The notes under the pieces: model-generated
What the model was told of the DNA's origin: nothing
Seen by the model: the letters and a program-made list of their open reading frames with translations, nothing else
Databases searched by the model: none
Assembly (NCBI GenBank): GCA_029978465.1
Contig: JAPOJK010000001.1
Span: forward strand, 1 to 56,117
DNA length: 56,117 nucleotides
DNA from: Actinomycetota bacterium
GTDB taxonomy: Bacteria; Actinomycetota; Actinomycetes; Nanopelagicales; Nanopelagicaceae
Direction of reading: 5' to 3'
Shown: positions 42,217-54,300 of the stretch, one piece after another
Layout of the letters: every line of letters begins with the position of its first letter
Position numbering within the stretch: the first letter of the stretch is position 1
Position numbers and translations under genes: made by a program

Positions 42217-43397
42217 TACAGTGGAATTCCAAAGTATTCGGCGGCGGTTTGAACATCCTTATCTCCGCGACCAGAAAGATTGATTAACAAGTTCGCTGTG
42301 GGTCCAAGCTCTTTTCCCACAAGAATTGCACCAGCTAAAGCGTGCGCAGTTTCAATCGCAGGAATAATCCCTTCAGTTCTGCTCAGCAATGAGAAGGCCG
42401 CCATCGCTGCATCATCATTGATTGCTCGGTACTCGGCACGACCAATGTCATGCAGGTAAGCATGTTCTGGTCCTACACCTGGGTAATCTAAACCGGCAGA
42501 GATTGAATGAGATTCAATTGTCTGACCATTTGCATCTTGCAAAACATAGGAACGTGTTCCATGAAGTACGCCGGGTGTTCCACCTGTGATCGTTGCCGCG
42601 TGGCGTCCTGTTTCAACTCCATCACCGCCAGCTTCTAGACCAATTAAACGCACATCGCTATCTGGAATAAATGCATTAAAGATTCCGATCGCATTGGATC
42701 CGCCACCAACACAGGCCAAGATCGCATCTGGAAGTCTTCCCGTTAAGGCAAGCATCTGTTCCCGCGCTTCTTCGCCGATTATTTTGTGGAAATCGCGAAC
42801 CATCGTTGGGAATGGGTGTGGTCCGGCAACGGTGCCCAATAAGTAATGTGTATCTGCAACATTGGTAACCCAATCCCGCATAGCTTCATTGATTGCATCC
42901 TTCAGGGTGCGTGAACCTGATGTCACAGGAACAACCTCTGCACCCAGTAACTTCATTCGTGCAACGTTGAGCGCCTGACGACGGGTGTCTTCCTCTCCCA
43001 TGTACACAACACAATCAAGACCCATCAACGCAGCTGCTGTTGCCGATGCAACACCATGTTGACCCGCTCCGGTTTCAGCGATGATTCGCTTCTTTCCCAT
43101 GCGCTTCGTGAGTAACGCTTGACCTAAAACATTGTTGATCTTGTGGGAACCGGTGTGGTTGAGATCTTCGCGCTTAAGAAAGATTCGTGCACCGCCAGCA
43201 TGTTCAGAAAATCTCTTCGCTTCAGTGATGATGCTGGGGCGACCGGTATATGTTCGGTGCAGCTCTGCAAGCTCTGCTAAAAACTCAGGATCCTTTTGCG
43301 CGGTGTTATGTGCGATCTCAAGTTCATTGAGAGCTCCAATTAACGCCTCGGGTACGAAACGTCCGCCGTACTCTCCGAAGTGTCCTGGGCTGCTCAT
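42216..43397 (-). CDS. trpB: tryptophan synthase beta chain
   Basis: [41 protein letters not shown]. Confidence 0.99.
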   Translation of the reverse strand: MSSPGHFGEYGGRFVPEALIGALNELEIAHNTAQKDPEFLAELAELHRTYTGRPSIITEAKRFSEHAGGARIFLKREDLNHTGSHKINNVLGQALLTKRMGKKRIIAETGAGQHGVASATAAALMGLDCVVYMGEEDTRRQALNVARMKLLGAEVVPVTSGSRTLKDAINEAMRDWVTNVADTHYLLGTVAGPHPFPTMVRDFHKIIGEEAREQMLALTGRLPDAILACVGGGSNAIGIFNAFIPDSDVRLIGLEAGGDGVETGRHAATITGGTPGVLHGTRSYVLQDANGQTIESHSISAGLDYPGVGPEHAYLHDIGRAEYRAINDDAAMAAFSLLSRTEGIIPAIETAHALAGAILVGKELGPTANLLINLSGRGDKDVQTAAEYFGIPL

Positions 43398-43399
43398 AG

Positions 43400-44173
43400 T
43401 TAAAGCCTACCGAGCAATTGGTCGATCGCAACTGATGGAGATCCTGAGCGAACAAGGGCTTCTCCAACCAATATTGCGGTCGCTCCACACTCTTGAGCAA
43501 ATGCAACCTCTTGGCGTGTAGAGATTCCAGACTCGGCAACGCGAGCAATTGTTGATGGAATCTGTGGAATGAGTTCAGCAAATGCTTGTGCATCAACATC
43601 TAAAGTTTTCAGATTACGAGAGTTTACGCCGATGATCTCTGGAGAGATTTCGAGGGCACGTTCTAACTCATCATGGGTATGAACCTCAATCAAAGATCTC
43701 AACCCAAGTTCCTTAGCTAAATGAAAGTAATCTTCAAGTTGATTCTTACTGAGCGCTGCAACAATCAACAGAACCACATCTGCACCATGTGCACGTGCTT
43801 CGTAAAATTGATACTCATCAACCATGAAATCTTTGCGAAGGATAGGAAGATCTATCGCTTTTCTGACCGCATCTAAATCGGCAAGTGATCCACCAAAACG
43901 GCGCTGCTCAGTGAGAACGCTAACAACATGGGCGCCAGCTTCTTCATAGGCTGCGGCTAATCCTGCAGGATCTGTAATTGTTGCCAAGGCACCCTTGCTT
44001 GGTGAGGATCTCTTCACCTCTGCAATCAAAGAAATTTCTTCAGTCAATAGATTTGGTAAGCAGTCACGCACTGCAGGAGCAACTTCAAGCGCCTCTTGCA
44101 ACTGCGCCATGGGAAGGCGTCTGGCGGCTAGATCCTCACGCACACCTTCAATGATTGATGCTAGAACACTCAT
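43400..44173 (-). CDS. trpC: indole-3-glycerol phosphate synthase
   Basis: [29 protein letters not shown]. Confidence 0.98.
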   Translation of the reverse strand: MSVLASIIEGVREDLAARRLPMAQLQEALEVAPAVRDCLPNLLTEEISLIAEVKRSSPSKGALATITDPAGLAAAYEEAGAHVVSVLTEQRRFGGSLADLDAVRKAIDLPILRKDFMVDEYQFYEARAHGADVVLLIVAALSKNQLEDYFHLAKELGLRSLIEVHTHDELERALEISPEIIGVNSRNLKTLDVDAQAFAELIPQIPSTIARVAESGISTRQEVAFAQECGATAILVGEALVRSGSPSVAIDQLLGRL

Positions 44174-44340
44174 AACTTCTCATCCACCGTTGGATCAATT
44201 CCATGGTCAAGTGCGCTCCATGTATTGAGTTGGCGCGGTTTGCGTTCGTAGCGTGAAGAGAGTTTAAATCTCTTAGAGATAACAACAACCAGTGCGAAAA
44301 CAACTACTAGCGAGATGATGATTGGAAGAAACTCTTTCAT
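44170..44340 (-). CDS. 56-aa single-TM protein, short form of the trp-operon-associated membrane protein (not in the ORF track)
   Basis: hand translation [56 protein letters not shown]; ATGA overlaps with both the trpE stop and the trpC start. Confidence 0.85.
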   Translation of the reverse strand: MKEFLPIIISLVVVFALVVVISKRFKLSSRYERKPRQLNTWSALDHGIDPTVDEKL

Positions 44341-45824
44341 TGCTTGTGCGCCAATCGATTAGCTGCATGTACCGCTGTCAAAACCGCAGCTGCCTTGTTG
44401 CGACACTCTTGATTCTCTGATTCAGGATCTGAATCGGCGACTACGCCAGCACCTGCTTGAACGTAAGCGGTTCCGTTATGCAGCAACGCTGTTCTAATTG
44501 CGATACATGTATCTAGATTTCCGGTGAAATCAATGTACCCAACTATTCCGCCGTAAACACCACGTCTAGTTGTTTCTAGCTCTTCGATGATTTCCATGGC
44601 ACGAGGTTTGGGAGCACCTGACAAGGTGCCGGCTGGGAATACTGAAAACAGTGCATCAACTGGTGATGATTTCTTTGAAAGCTTTCCGATTACCGTTGAA
44701 ACAATATGCATTACATGTGAGTAACGCTCGATATGCATGAAATCAACTACTTCAACCGATCCAGGTGCACAGACACGACCTAAATCATTTCTTCCAAGAT
44801 CTACCAGCATTAGATGCTCAGCACGTTCCTTAGGGTCGGCTAGCAGCTCTTCTGCTAAACGATGATCCTCTTCAGGATTTGCTGAGCGCTTACGAGTACC
44901 TGCAATCGGATGGATCATCACATCCTCTTGATTAACTTTGACTAGCGCTTCTGGGCTGGACCCAACGATTTCAACTCCATCGGTAAAGCGGAATAAGTAC
45001 ATGTACGGAGAAGGATTGTTGAGTCGAAGCATTCGATATACATCAATTGCATCTGCGGTACATGGCATTGCAAAGCGTTGGGACAAAACAACTTGAAAGG
45101 CCTCGCCTGCCAAGATTTCTTCCTTAATTTGTGCGATGTTCTTCTTGAACTCCTCTGCCGAGATATTTCCTGTGTAATCAGGCAGCGAAAAATCAGGAAT
45201 TGCTGCGGCATCACCTGGTAGTGAGATCGCTAGATCTGCCTGCATGCGATCTAAACGTTCAAGGCATGATGCATACGCCTCATCAATTCGGTCATCGCTT
45301 CCATCCCAATTAATCGCATTAGCAATTAATGTGATGGTTCCATCGCTGTGATCCATCACCGCTAAATCACTGGTGAGCATGAAGGAAAGTTCCGGAAGTG
45401 GAATGTCTTTCTGCGCCAGCGATGGCAGTTTCTCTAATCGACGAACAACGTCATACCCCATGAAGCCAACTAATCCACCTGTAAGTGGAGGCAAGCCTGC
45501 AATCTTGGGAGATTTCAAATGTGCAGCGGAAAGTCGCAACGCTTCCAATGGATCTATTCCAGTAGGCGCTCCCGCTGGAGCGCTCCCCTGCCAATACGCC
45601 AAACCATCCTTTTCGCTTAATGTGGCTTCGCTACGAACACCGATAAACGAGTAACGAGACCAGGCTCCACCATGTTCTGCAGATTCTAGAAGAAATGTAT
45701 TTGCCGCACTCTTTGCTAATTTTTTATAGACACCCAGTGGAGTTTCAGAGTCAGCTAAGAGTTTGCGCGATACAGGTATGACATTAGAAACCTTTGCGTA
45801 GGCGCGAAACTCTTCTAGATTCAT
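44337..45824 (-). CDS. trpE: anthranilate synthase component I
   Basis: FLLESAE, NPSPYMY, GSSPE, PIAGTR, AEHLMLVDLGRND, GTLSGAPK. Confidence 0.97.
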   Translation of the reverse strand: MNLEEFRAYAKVSNVIPVSRKLLADSETPLGVYKKLAKSAANTFLLESAEHGGAWSRYSFIGVRSEATLSEKDGLAYWQGSAPAGAPTGIDPLEALRLSAAHLKSPKIAGLPPLTGGLVGFMGYDVVRRLEKLPSLAQKDIPLPELSFMLTSDLAVMDHSDGTITLIANAINWDGSDDRIDEAYASCLERLDRMQADLAISLPGDAAAIPDFSLPDYTGNISAEEFKKNIAQIKEEILAGEAFQVVLSQRFAMPCTADAIDVYRMLRLNNPSPYMYLFRFTDGVEIVGSSPEALVKVNQEDVMIHPIAGTRKRSANPEEDHRLAEELLADPKERAEHLMLVDLGRNDLGRVCAPGSVEVVDFMHIERYSHVMHIVSTVIGKLSKKSSPVDALFSVFPAGTLSGAPKPRAMEIIEELETTRRGVYGGIVGYIDFTGNLDTCIAIRTALLHNGTAYVQAGAGVVADSDPESENQECRNKAAAVLTAVHAANRLAHKQ

Positions 45825-45827
45825 AAT

Positions 45828-46169
45828 TTACGATCGCAGCTCTAGAGGGGTATGAAAACAGGTGCGATCTCCGGTATGGCATGCCACACCTGTTTGGATA
45901 ACCTGCATGATTAATGCATCTCCATCACAATCTAAAGAGATTGATTGCACATCTTGATAGTGGCCTGAGGTTGCACCTTTGACCCATAGTTCATTGCGGC
46001 TGCGCGACCAGTAAGTTGCTTTTCCAGTTGTCAGAGTCAGTTCCAGTGATTGCGCATTCATGTACGCCAGCATCAAAACTTCTTTGCTTGTTGAATCCTG
46101 CACAATTGCGGGGATCAAGGCATCCGGATCTTTCAGGAGTGCAGCTACCTGCGGATCCAGTGTTGTCAT
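45828..46169 (-). CDS. hisI: phosphoribosyl-AMP cyclohydrolase
   Basis: [29 protein letters not shown]. Confidence 0.97.
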   Translation of the reverse strand: MTTLDPQVAALLKDPDALIPAIVQDSTSKEVLMLAYMNAQSLELTLTTGKATYWSRSRNELWVKGATSGHYQDVQSISLDCDGDALIMQVIQTGVACHTGDRTCFHTPLELRS

Positions 46170-46183
46170 GTGCTTATTCTGCC

Positions 46184-46957
46184 TTACCGAACGGCAACGG
46201 CGCGCACTGGATAATTGTGCTTACCCAGATAGCTCTTCACATCTCCAATGCGGTGAACTCCGAAGTGAAAAACGCTCGCAGCCAGCAGCGCATCTGCTCC
46301 TGCATCGAGGGCGGCTGAGAAATCTTCTAGCGAACCTGCGCCACCACTGGCAATCAAGGGAACCTTAGAAACAGCACGAACCGCGGTAATCATTCCGATG
46401 TCATACCCTGCACGAGTTCCATCTGCATCCATTGAATTAAGCAGGATCTCGCCAACACCAAGTGCGCATGCTTGCTCTACCCACGCAAGTGCATCAACAC
46501 CTGCGCTTTGTCGTCCACCATGAGTTGTCACTTCAAAACCTGAATCGGTGCGAGCACGTCGTGCATCTACCGAAAGAACTAAAACCTGTGAACCAAATCG
46601 ATCTGCGATTTCAGCGATCAATTGTGGACGTGCAAGCGCTGAAGTATTTATTGAAACCTTGTCAGCACCAGCGCGCAATAGACGGTCGACATCTTCAACA
46701 CTTCGAATACCGCCACCAACAGTCAGGGGAATAAATACCTGCTCTGCGGTGCGTCGAACAACATCAAGAGTTGTCTCGCGTCCTGCAACACTTGCTGAGA
46801 TATCTAGAAAAGTTAACTCGTCAGCACCTTCGGTGTTGTACAAAGCCGCCATCTCAACGGGATCGCCTGCATCAACAAGATCGGTGAAGTTAACGCCTTT
46901 AACAACTCGACCATCGGTGACATCGAGGCAGGGAATGATGCGAACAGATAGCGTCAT
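46184..46957 (-). CDS. hisF: imidazole glycerol phosphate synthase cyclase subunit
   Basis: [29 protein letters not shown]. Confidence 0.98.
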   Translation of the reverse strand: MTLSVRIIPCLDVTDGRVVKGVNFTDLVDAGDPVEMAALYNTEGADELTFLDISASVAGRETTLDVVRRTAEQVFIPLTVGGGIRSVEDVDRLLRAGADKVSINTSALARPQLIAEIADRFGSQVLVLSVDARRARTDSGFEVTTHGGRQSAGVDALAWVEQACALGVGEILLNSMDADGTRAGYDIGMITAVRAVSKVPLIASGGAGSLEDFSAALDAGADALLAASVFHFGVHRIGDVKSYLGKHNYPVRAVAVR

Positions 46958-47679
46958 TTTCCGCTGACCTTAAGCGCTTCTTGCAAGGTGAACTTTCCTG
47001 CATATAAAGCTTTGCCAACAATTGCGCCTTCAACACCAGTAGCGCGAAGAGCGGCCAAAGCTGCGATGTCAGCCAATGATGAGATTCCACCACTTGCAAT
47101 TACAGGCTTGCTAGTCGCAGCGCATACAGATGTGAGTAATTCGATATTTGGTCCAGCAAGGGTTCCATCTTTAGCAACATCAGTTACAACATATCGAGCG
47201 CATCCATCGCGATCTAATCGCTCAAGGGTCTCGAATAAATCTCCACCTTCTTTAGTCCATCCACGCGCCGCCAATGTGTGTCCGCGAACATCTAAACCAA
47301 CTGCGATGCGATCGCCATGCTCTGCAATTACTCGAGCGGTCCATTCAGGATCTTCAAGTGCTGCTGTTCCTAAGTTCACGCGTCGACATCCAGTGGCAAG
47401 GGCACGACGCAACGATTCATCATCGCGAATTCCACCGGAAAGCTCGACCTTGATATCCAACTTTCCAACAACTTCAGCTAACAAGGCAGAGTTTTCTCCG
47501 CGACCAAAGGCGGCATCGAGATCTACCAAGTGAAGCCATTCAGCACCTGCTGCTTGAAACTCGAGTGCAACATCAAGTGGCGCACCGTAAATGCTTTCCT
47601 TATCGAGCTCACCTTGAACAAGACGAACTGCACGGCCATCCTTAACATCAACCGCTGGAAGAAGCTCTAGGTAACTCAT
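46954..47679 (-). CDS. priA: phosphoribosyl isomerase PriA (HisA, probably also TrpF activity); start at MSYLE
   Basis: [35 protein letters not shown]; ATGA overlap with hisH; no trpF in the trp cluster. Confidence 0.95.
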   Translation of the reverse strand: MSYLELLPAVDVKDGRAVRLVQGELDKESIYGAPLDVALEFQAAGAEWLHLVDLDAAFGRGENSALLAEVVGKLDIKVELSGGIRDDESLRRALATGCRRVNLGTAALEDPEWTARVIAEHGDRIAVGLDVRGHTLAARGWTKEGGDLFETLERLDRDGCARYVVTDVAKDGTLAGPNIELLTSVCAATSKPVIASGGISSLADIAALAALRATGVEGAIVGKALYAGKFTLQEALKVSGK

Positions 47680-48278
47680 AGCGATCCCACCCAATTCTTA
47701 ATCAAAGCAAGTCCAGCAGCTCCTGATTTTTCAGGGTGAAACTGAGTTGCGCTCATATATCCATCTTCGACAGCTGCTAAAAATCTTTCACCATGCGTAC
47801 TCCAAGCCTGCATCTTTCCAACAGCGCTTTTTGCAGCGTACGAGTGCACAAAGTAGAAAGACTCTGCTTCGATTCCCTTAAACAAAGTTGAATCTGAATC
47901 AACCTCTACTGTGTTCCAACCCATGTGAGGCAAAATTGGTGCAGCTAATTGAGAAACCGTTCCATCCCAAACTCCCACACCTGGATGTGGAGCGGTGTCA
48001 GAGTGTTCAGTTCCGTGGCTAAACATAATTTGCATGCCGATACAGATTCCTAAAGTTGGGCGTTCCTTTGCTAAACGCTCTCGCACAATAGCTGCACCAT
48101 CAACACCATTTAATCCATTCATGCATGCTGCAAATGCGCCAACACCTGGAACTACTAAGCCTTCTGCTTCAACTGCGACTGTGCGATCAGAGGTAACAAC
48201 TACCTCTTTACCTGCTGTTGCAAATGCGCGTTCCGCAGAGCGTAGATTTCCAGATCCGTAATCAAGAATTGCTATCAA
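47676..48278 (-). CDS. hisH: imidazole glycerol phosphate synthase glutaminase subunit
   Basis: [29 protein letters not shown]. Confidence 0.98.
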   Translation of the reverse strand: MIAILDYGSGNLRSAERAFATAGKEVVVTSDRTVAVEAEGLVVPGVGAFAACMNGLNGVDGAAIVRERLAKERPTLGICIGMQIMFSHGTEHSDTAPHPGVGVWDGTVSQLAAPILPHMGWNTVEVDSDSTLFKGIEAESFYFVHSYAAKSAVGKMQAWSTHGERFLAAVEDGYMSATQFHPEKSGAAGLALIKNWVGSL

Positions 48279-48859
48279 AGAGAACCTTTTGTTGATGGGA
48301 TTCCGGCAACTCTGCCATCAAGTGAAACCGCATCACGCAATGCGCGAGCGACCGCCTTGAACTGTGCCTCAAAAACATGGTGTGCGTTGCGACCTTCAAG
48401 TACGCGGATATGCAACGCGATACGAGCTTCTGCAACGATTGATTCCCAGATGTGCTTTCCTAGAGTTGTATCAAATGTTCCAATGAGCTCAACGATCTCT
48501 GGTTGACGGTGCACTAGGTATGGGCGACCTGAAAGATCAACCGCAGCCTGAACGAGAACCTCATCGAGTGGAACCATTGAGTCACCAAAGCGACGGATGC
48601 CAGCCTTATCCCCCAACGCTTCGCGAAGTGCTTGTCCAAATGCAAGAGATGTATCTTCAACTGTGTGGTGTGAATCAACATCAACATCACCTGTTGTCTT
48701 AACTGTTAGATCAAAACCTGAGTGCTTACCTAATTGAGACATCATGTGATCAAAGAAAGGTACGCCAGTGTCGACATCGATGATGCCCTGGCCATCTAGA
48801 TTGATCTCAACGAGTACATGCGACTCTTTTGTCTTTCTTTCGACGCGTGCTGTTCTCAT
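48275..48859 (-). CDS. hisB: imidazoleglycerol-phosphate dehydratase
   Basis: FFDHM, DSHHTVED, NAHHVFEA, PSTKG. Confidence 0.98.
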   Translation of the reverse strand: MRTARVERKTKESHVLVEINLDGQGIIDVDTGVPFFDHMMSQLGKHSGFDLTVKTTGDVDVDSHHTVEDTSLAFGQALREALGDKAGIRRFGDSMVPLDEVLVQAAVDLSGRPYLVHRQPEIVELIGTFDTTLGKHIWESIVAEARIALHIRVLEGRNAHHVFEAQFKAVARALRDAVSLDGRVAGIPSTKGSL

Positions 48860-48870
48860 GGGTATCTCCT

Positions 48871-49956
48871 TTAAATGAGCTCTTTGAGGGCTGAAATAAA
48901 CAATTGATTCTCGGCTTCATTGCCAATGGTGACTCTTAAGTACCCTGATAATCCCACATCTCTAATCAGAACACCCTTTTCCAGCAAGGCCGACCACAGT
49001 TGTGGCGCATCCTGCTTGAAACCTGTGAAGAGAATGAAGTTAGCGCTGCTCGGAATGGTGTGTAACCCCATCTGATGTAATGCATCGACGAGCTCTGCTC
49101 GAGCAGCAATCAAGGTTGAAACTCCACCTAATAATTCAGCGCGGTGATCGATAGCTACCTGGGCTGCTGCTTGGGTAAGGGCGCTGAGGTGATACGGCAA
49201 ACGAACAATCATCATCGCATCTTTGACCGCTACATCACTAACAAGATAACCAACACGTGCTCCAGCAAAAGCAAAGGCCTTGCTCATAGTGCGAATGACG
49301 ATTACATGCGGATTTTTTGAAATAAGAGTTACAGCAGAAAGCTCCTGTGAAAACTCTGCATACGCCTCATCAACTACAAGTAATCCCCCAACAGATTGTG
49401 CCGCATCGGCCAACTGTTGAATCGCTTCAATTGAGACAGCACCACCAGTTGGATTATTGGGAGTTGTAATAAAGGTAAGGGTTGGTTTGTTCTTAATAAT
49501 CTCTGTAACGGCATCTTGAGTGTTGAGTGAGAAATCAGGGTTTCGCTTTCCATCGATCCACTGAGCACCTGTTGTTTTTGCAATCAGTGGGTGCATTGAA
49601 TAGGACGGGGTAAAGCCCAGAACTGGACCTTGAGCAAAGGCTAAGAAGATCGATTGAATAATCTCATTGGAACCATTAGCAGCCCAAATATTGTCGAGGG
49701 TGAAACCGGTACCACTTCTCTCATTAATGTAGGTAGCAAGTTTGGTGCGCAATACTGTTGCATCACGATCTGGATAACGATTTAAATCAGCTGCCACTTT
49801 CGCAACAGCATCGGTGATCGCCTTTTGTAGCGCTGGAGATGGTGAATAAGGATTCTCATTTGTATTTAAGGAGGCTTGAGCGGGAACCTGTGGTGCACCA
49901 TATGCAGACAGTGGACGCAGAGTTTCGCGCAGAGGCAACCAACTTGGCCAACTCAT
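48871..49956 (-). CDS. hisC: histidinol-phosphate aminotransferase
   Basis: LNTNENP, NRYPD, PNNPTG, DEAY, RTMSKAF..AGARVG. Confidence 0.97.
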   Translation of the reverse strand: MSWPSWLPLRETLRPLSAYGAPQVPAQASLNTNENPYSPSPALQKAITDAVAKVAADLNRYPDRDATVLRTKLATYINERSGTGFTLDNIWAANGSNEIIQSIFLAFAQGPVLGFTPSYSMHPLIAKTTGAQWIDGKRNPDFSLNTQDAVTEIIKNKPTLTFITTPNNPTGGAVSIEAIQQLADAAQSVGGLLVVDEAYAEFSQELSAVTLISKNPHVIVIRTMSKAFAFAGARVGYLVSDVAVKDAMMIVRLPYHLSALTQAAAQVAIDHRAELLGGVSTLIAARAELVDALHQMGLHTIPSSANFILFTGFKQDAPQLWSALLEKGVLIRDVGLSGYLRVTIGNEAENQLFISALKELI

Positions 49957-51263
49957 TACAAATTTTCCAAGCGTGCTGTCATTGCCTCACCATGTGCCGG
50001 CAGATCCTCTGAATTTGCCAAGGTCACAACGGTGTCAACAATCTCGGTAAATGCCTTTTGGCCATACTCAATAAAGTGCAATCCACGAAGAAAGGTTTGA
50101 ACTGAAAGCCCGCTTGAGTGACATGCGCAGCCACCCGTTGGTAGAACGTGATTTGAGCCTGCAGAGTAATCACCTAATGAAACCGGTGAGAATCGCCCGA
50201 TAAAGACAGCTCCAGCGTTGCGAATCTTTTCAGCATCACTACGAGAGTTTTTTGTTTGAATCTCTAAGTGCTCTGCTGCATAAGCGTTAACTACATCTAA
50301 ACCTTGCTTCATGTCATCTACTAATGCGATGGCAGATTGAACACCAGATAGCGCGCTCTTGATTCGATCCGCGTGCTTCGTTGCTGCAACCCGTACCTTA
50401 AGTTCAGCCTCAACCGCTTGGGCTAATTCAACTGAATCAGTTACCAGTACAGCTGCAGCAATAACATCGTGCTCTGCTTGGCTAATCAAATCAGCAGCAA
50501 CATCTGCGGCGATCGCTGATGAATCAGCTAATACTGCGATTTCAGTTGGTCCCGCCTCGGAATCAATTCCTATAATTCCACGGAGCGCACGTTTTGCCGC
50601 AGCTACATAAATATTTCCAGGACCGGTTACAAGATCGGCCTTTTCGCACACACCTTCCATGCCATAAGCAAAGAGTGCAATCGCTTGTGCTCCCCCAACC
50701 GCATAGACCTCGGTGATTCCCAGCAAGGCACAGGTTGCAAGAATCGTTGGGTGTGGCAAACCACCAAAATCTTTTTGAGGTGGTGATGCAACCGCAATTG
50801 ATTGCACCTTTGCAATCTGTGCAGGAATGACATTCATCATCACACTACTTGGGTAAACGGCGCGACCACCTGGAACATAGAGACCAACTCGATCTACGGG
50901 AATCCATTTTTCAGTAACTGTTCCACCATCTACAACAGTTGTCGTTGTAGAAGTGCGCAACTGATCATTGTGAACCTTGGTGATTCGTGAAATAGATAGT
51001 TCTAATGCGGCTCTAATTGCAGGATCTAATTGTGAAAGCGCTTCATCTAAGGCGGTTTGAGGAACTCGAATACTGGTTGGTGTAACACCATCAAACTCTT
51101 GCGCTAAAGCGATCAGATCTGCCTCGGTTCCATTCTTTACTCTCTCCAGAATGGGTTCGATCAGCAGCATTGCCTCTGCCACATTGAGCGTGGCGCGAGG
51201 AAGTTCAGCGTTATATTGAGCTTTAGACAGGGATCGTCCGCGCAGGTCTACGGTACGAATCAT
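49956..51263 (-). CDS. hisD: histidinol dehydrogenase; start moved to MIRTVDL
   Basis: [37 protein letters not shown]; TACAAT-N6-ATG. Confidence 0.98.
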   Translation of the reverse strand: MIRTVDLRGRSLSKAQYNAELPRATLNVAEAMLLIEPILERVKNGTEADLIALAQEFDGVTPTSIRVPQTALDEALSQLDPAIRAALELSISRITKVHNDQLRTSTTTTVVDGGTVTEKWIPVDRVGLYVPGGRAVYPSSVMMNVIPAQIAKVQSIAVASPPQKDFGGLPHPTILATCALLGITEVYAVGGAQAIALFAYGMEGVCEKADLVTGPGNIYVAAAKRALRGIIGIDSEAGPTEIAVLADSSAIAADVAADLISQAEHDVIAAAVLVTDSVELAQAVEAELKVRVAATKHADRIKSALSGVQSAIALVDDMKQGLDVVNAYAAEHLEIQTKNSRSDAEKIRNAGAVFIGRFSPVSLGDYSAGSNHVLPTGGCACHSSGLSVQTFLRGLHFIEYGQKAFTEIVDTVVTLANSEDLPAHGEAMTARLENL

Positions 51264-51269
51264 TGGGCA

Positions 51270-51275
51270 ATTGTA
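51270..51275 (-). promoter_or_regulatory. -10 hexamer TACAAT, putative leaderless promoter of the his-trp operon
   Basis: TACAAT-tgccca-ATG; near-consensus; no SD. Confidence 0.7.
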
Positions 51276-51305
51276 ACGGCAAGAGGGCAACCCTCGCTTA
51301 TTGAT

Positions 51306-54300
51306 TTAAACCAAGCAGTTAGGCCCCAAAATTGATTTCAGATCAGCGCTCAAACTTGGTGATGATGTAATCAACGCATCTACCTTCATCACAGTGCTGC
51401 TTCCATTATCGAGAAGTTGCAGATGAACCTCTCGCTTTCCGGGATGTGAGCGCAAAATCTCTTTAATGCGATCTACTACAGGTGGTGTGCATTGCTGAAT
51501 TGGCAGTGAAATTACAAGTGGTCCCGTTGGCCCTGCGCTGATATCTGGCATAGACATTTCAAGTGCGGTAAATCTCAGCGCATCTTCGCGACGATCTACA
51601 CGACCACGAATCGTGACAATTCGATCCTCAGTTAATGACATCGAGTACTGGTTGTAGGTATTTGCAAAGAACAGAACCTCGAGCGAACCTTCAAGATCTT
51701 CAACGGTTACAACCGCCCAAGATGCACCTTGTCGAGAGACTTTACGTGTGACACTTGTGATTAATCCACCAATGGTGACAATTGATTCATGTTGTGCGCC
51801 ATCATCGGTTAATTCGCTAATAGACATATCTGTATTGGCACGCAAGACATGCTCAACACCAAGTAGTGGGTGGTCTGAAACATAAAGACCCAACATCTCG
51901 CGTTCATAAGAAAGCAACATTGCTTTATCCCATTCGCCAGTTGGAACTTCGATATCTAATCCAGATACCGCGGTAACCGCTTCTCCGCCAAAGAGATCAA
52001 ATTGACCAATCGCCTCTGCACGCTTTGATTCGATCACTGAATCAATCGCTTCGAGGTGAACTGCGATCAGACCCTTGCGTGTAGAACCGAGAGAGCCAAA
52101 GGCTCCAGCTTTGATCAGCGATTCAATTGTCTTTTTGTTGCACACCTGTGCATCAACCTTTGCCAGGAAATCACCAAAGGAGGTGTAACGTCCTTTGGAA
52201 TCACGAGCGCTCTTAATCGATGCGACAACACCTTCTCCAACATTTCTAATTGCAGCTAAGCCGAAACGAATATCAACTCCGCGCGGTGTGTACTCGGCAT
52301 CCGATTCATTGACATCAGGAGGCAGTACCTTGATTCCCATTCGGCGGCACTCAGATAGGTACAGCGCAGATTTATCCTTGTCATCGCGAACAGAGGTTAA
52401 AAGCGCAGCCATATATTCAGTGGGGTAATTCGCCTTTAAGTACGCGGTCCAATATGAAACAACACCATATCCAGCAGAGTGTGCACGGTTAAAGGCGTAA
52501 TCAGAGAAGGGAATCAGAACTTCCCATAAACGTTTAATAGCAGCGGTTGAGAAACCATTTTCCTTCATGCCAGCTTCAAAGGGAACATACTCTTTATCCA
52601 GAATGTCCTTGTTCTTCTTACCCATCGCCTTACGCAAAAGATCTGCGCGACCAAGGGTAAAACCTGCAACCTTTTGTGCAATCGCCATAACCTGCTCTTG
52701 ATACACAATTAATCCATAAGTATCACCCAAGATTTCATTCAAGGGTTCTGACAACTCAGGATGAATTGGTTCAACTGGTTTGCGACCATTTTTACGATCT
52801 GCATAGTTGTTGTGCGCGTTCTCACCCATTGGTCCTGGACGATACAAGGCGATCACAGCTGAAATATCCTCAAATGAATCTGGTGACATGCTGCGTAGCA
52901 ATGCGCGCATTGGCCCACCATCGAGCTGGAATACACCCAAGGTATCTCCACGACTTAAGAGTTCATATGTCTTGGGATCATCCAAGGTTAAATCTTCAAG
53001 GACTACATCTTTACCTTGGTTAGCTTTGATGTTGAGCAGAGCATCATCAAGTACAGAGAGATTTCGCAATCCCAAAAAGTCCATCTTGAGCAAACCAGTT
53101 GCCTCGCACGCGCCCATATCAAACTGAGTGATAATCGCACCATCTGCTTCACGACGATGAATTGGAATAACATCCAACAAAGGCTCACGTGAAAGAATCA
53201 CACCAGCTGCGTGAACACCCCATTGACGCTTCAAACCTTCAAGGCCACGAGCTGTATCTACAACACGTTTTGAATCTGGATCTGAGTTGTATAGAGAACG
53301 AAACTCCCCCGCTTCTCCGTAACGATCATCTTTCGAATCAAAGACTCCACTAAGCGAAATATCCTTACCCATAACTGATGGTGGAAGTGCTTTTGTTAAC
53401 TTTTCTCCGACAACATATGGATAACCAAGAACTCGGGTTGAATCCTTAATCGCTTGCTTCGATTTAATAGTTCCGTAGGTAATGATCTGTGCGACGCGAT
53501 CTTCACCATACTTATTAGTGGCGTAACGGATCATTTCGCTGCGGCGACGCTCATCAAAGTCCAAGTCGATATCAGGCATAGAGATACGCTCAGGATTAAG
53601 GAATCGCTCAAACAAAAGACCATGTTCTAGTGGATCTAAACCGGTAATTCCAAGTGAGTATGCAACTAAGGATCCAGCTGCAGATCCTCGACCTGGGCCA
53701 ACTCGAATACCAACCTTCTTTGCATGAGCTACAAGATCTGCAACAACGAGAAAGTATCCAGGAAAACCCATCTTCTCCATGACGCCGAGTTCGTACTTCA
53801 GGCGCTCTTCATGGGCAGGTGTAATGCGTGCGCCTAAACGTTCCTTGAGGCCACGTTCTGCCTCTTTCTTCAACCAAGAGTCTTCAGTTTCACCCGCTGG
53901 TACCTCAAACTGTGGAAGTAAGTTTTCACCTTCGCGCAATGTGATGTTGCACCGTTCGGCGATCAGCAAGGTGTTATCGCAACTTTCAGGAATATCCTTA
54001 AACAATTCCCGCATCTGGGCTGCGGTCTTTACATAAAAAGAGTCGTTATCAAATTTAAATCTCTTGGGATCTGCCAAGGTCGAACCGGATTGAACGCACA
54101 GCAACGCTTCATGTGCGCCAGCATCTTCTTGGCGTGTGTAATGCAGATCGTTGGTGGCAAGTAGCGGTAAACCTAGTTCTTTACCTAACTTCATGAGATC
54201 CGCTTTAACACGAGCTTCAATCTCGATTCCGTGATCCATAACCTCAAGGAAGAAGTTCTCTTTTCCAAAAATATCACGATAGGCACTAGCTGCCTTAATT

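Noticed and set aside
46988-47533. 181-aa plus-strand ORF, and many similar 60-150-aa opposite-strand ORFs across the window
   Set aside because: They lie antisense within well-supported housekeeping genes, have no motifs or RBS, and are expected shadow frames.
51283-51295. GAGGG-TTG-CCCTC hairpin after dnaE as a terminator
   Set aside because: 5-bp stem, 3-nt loop and no real U tract; too weak to call.
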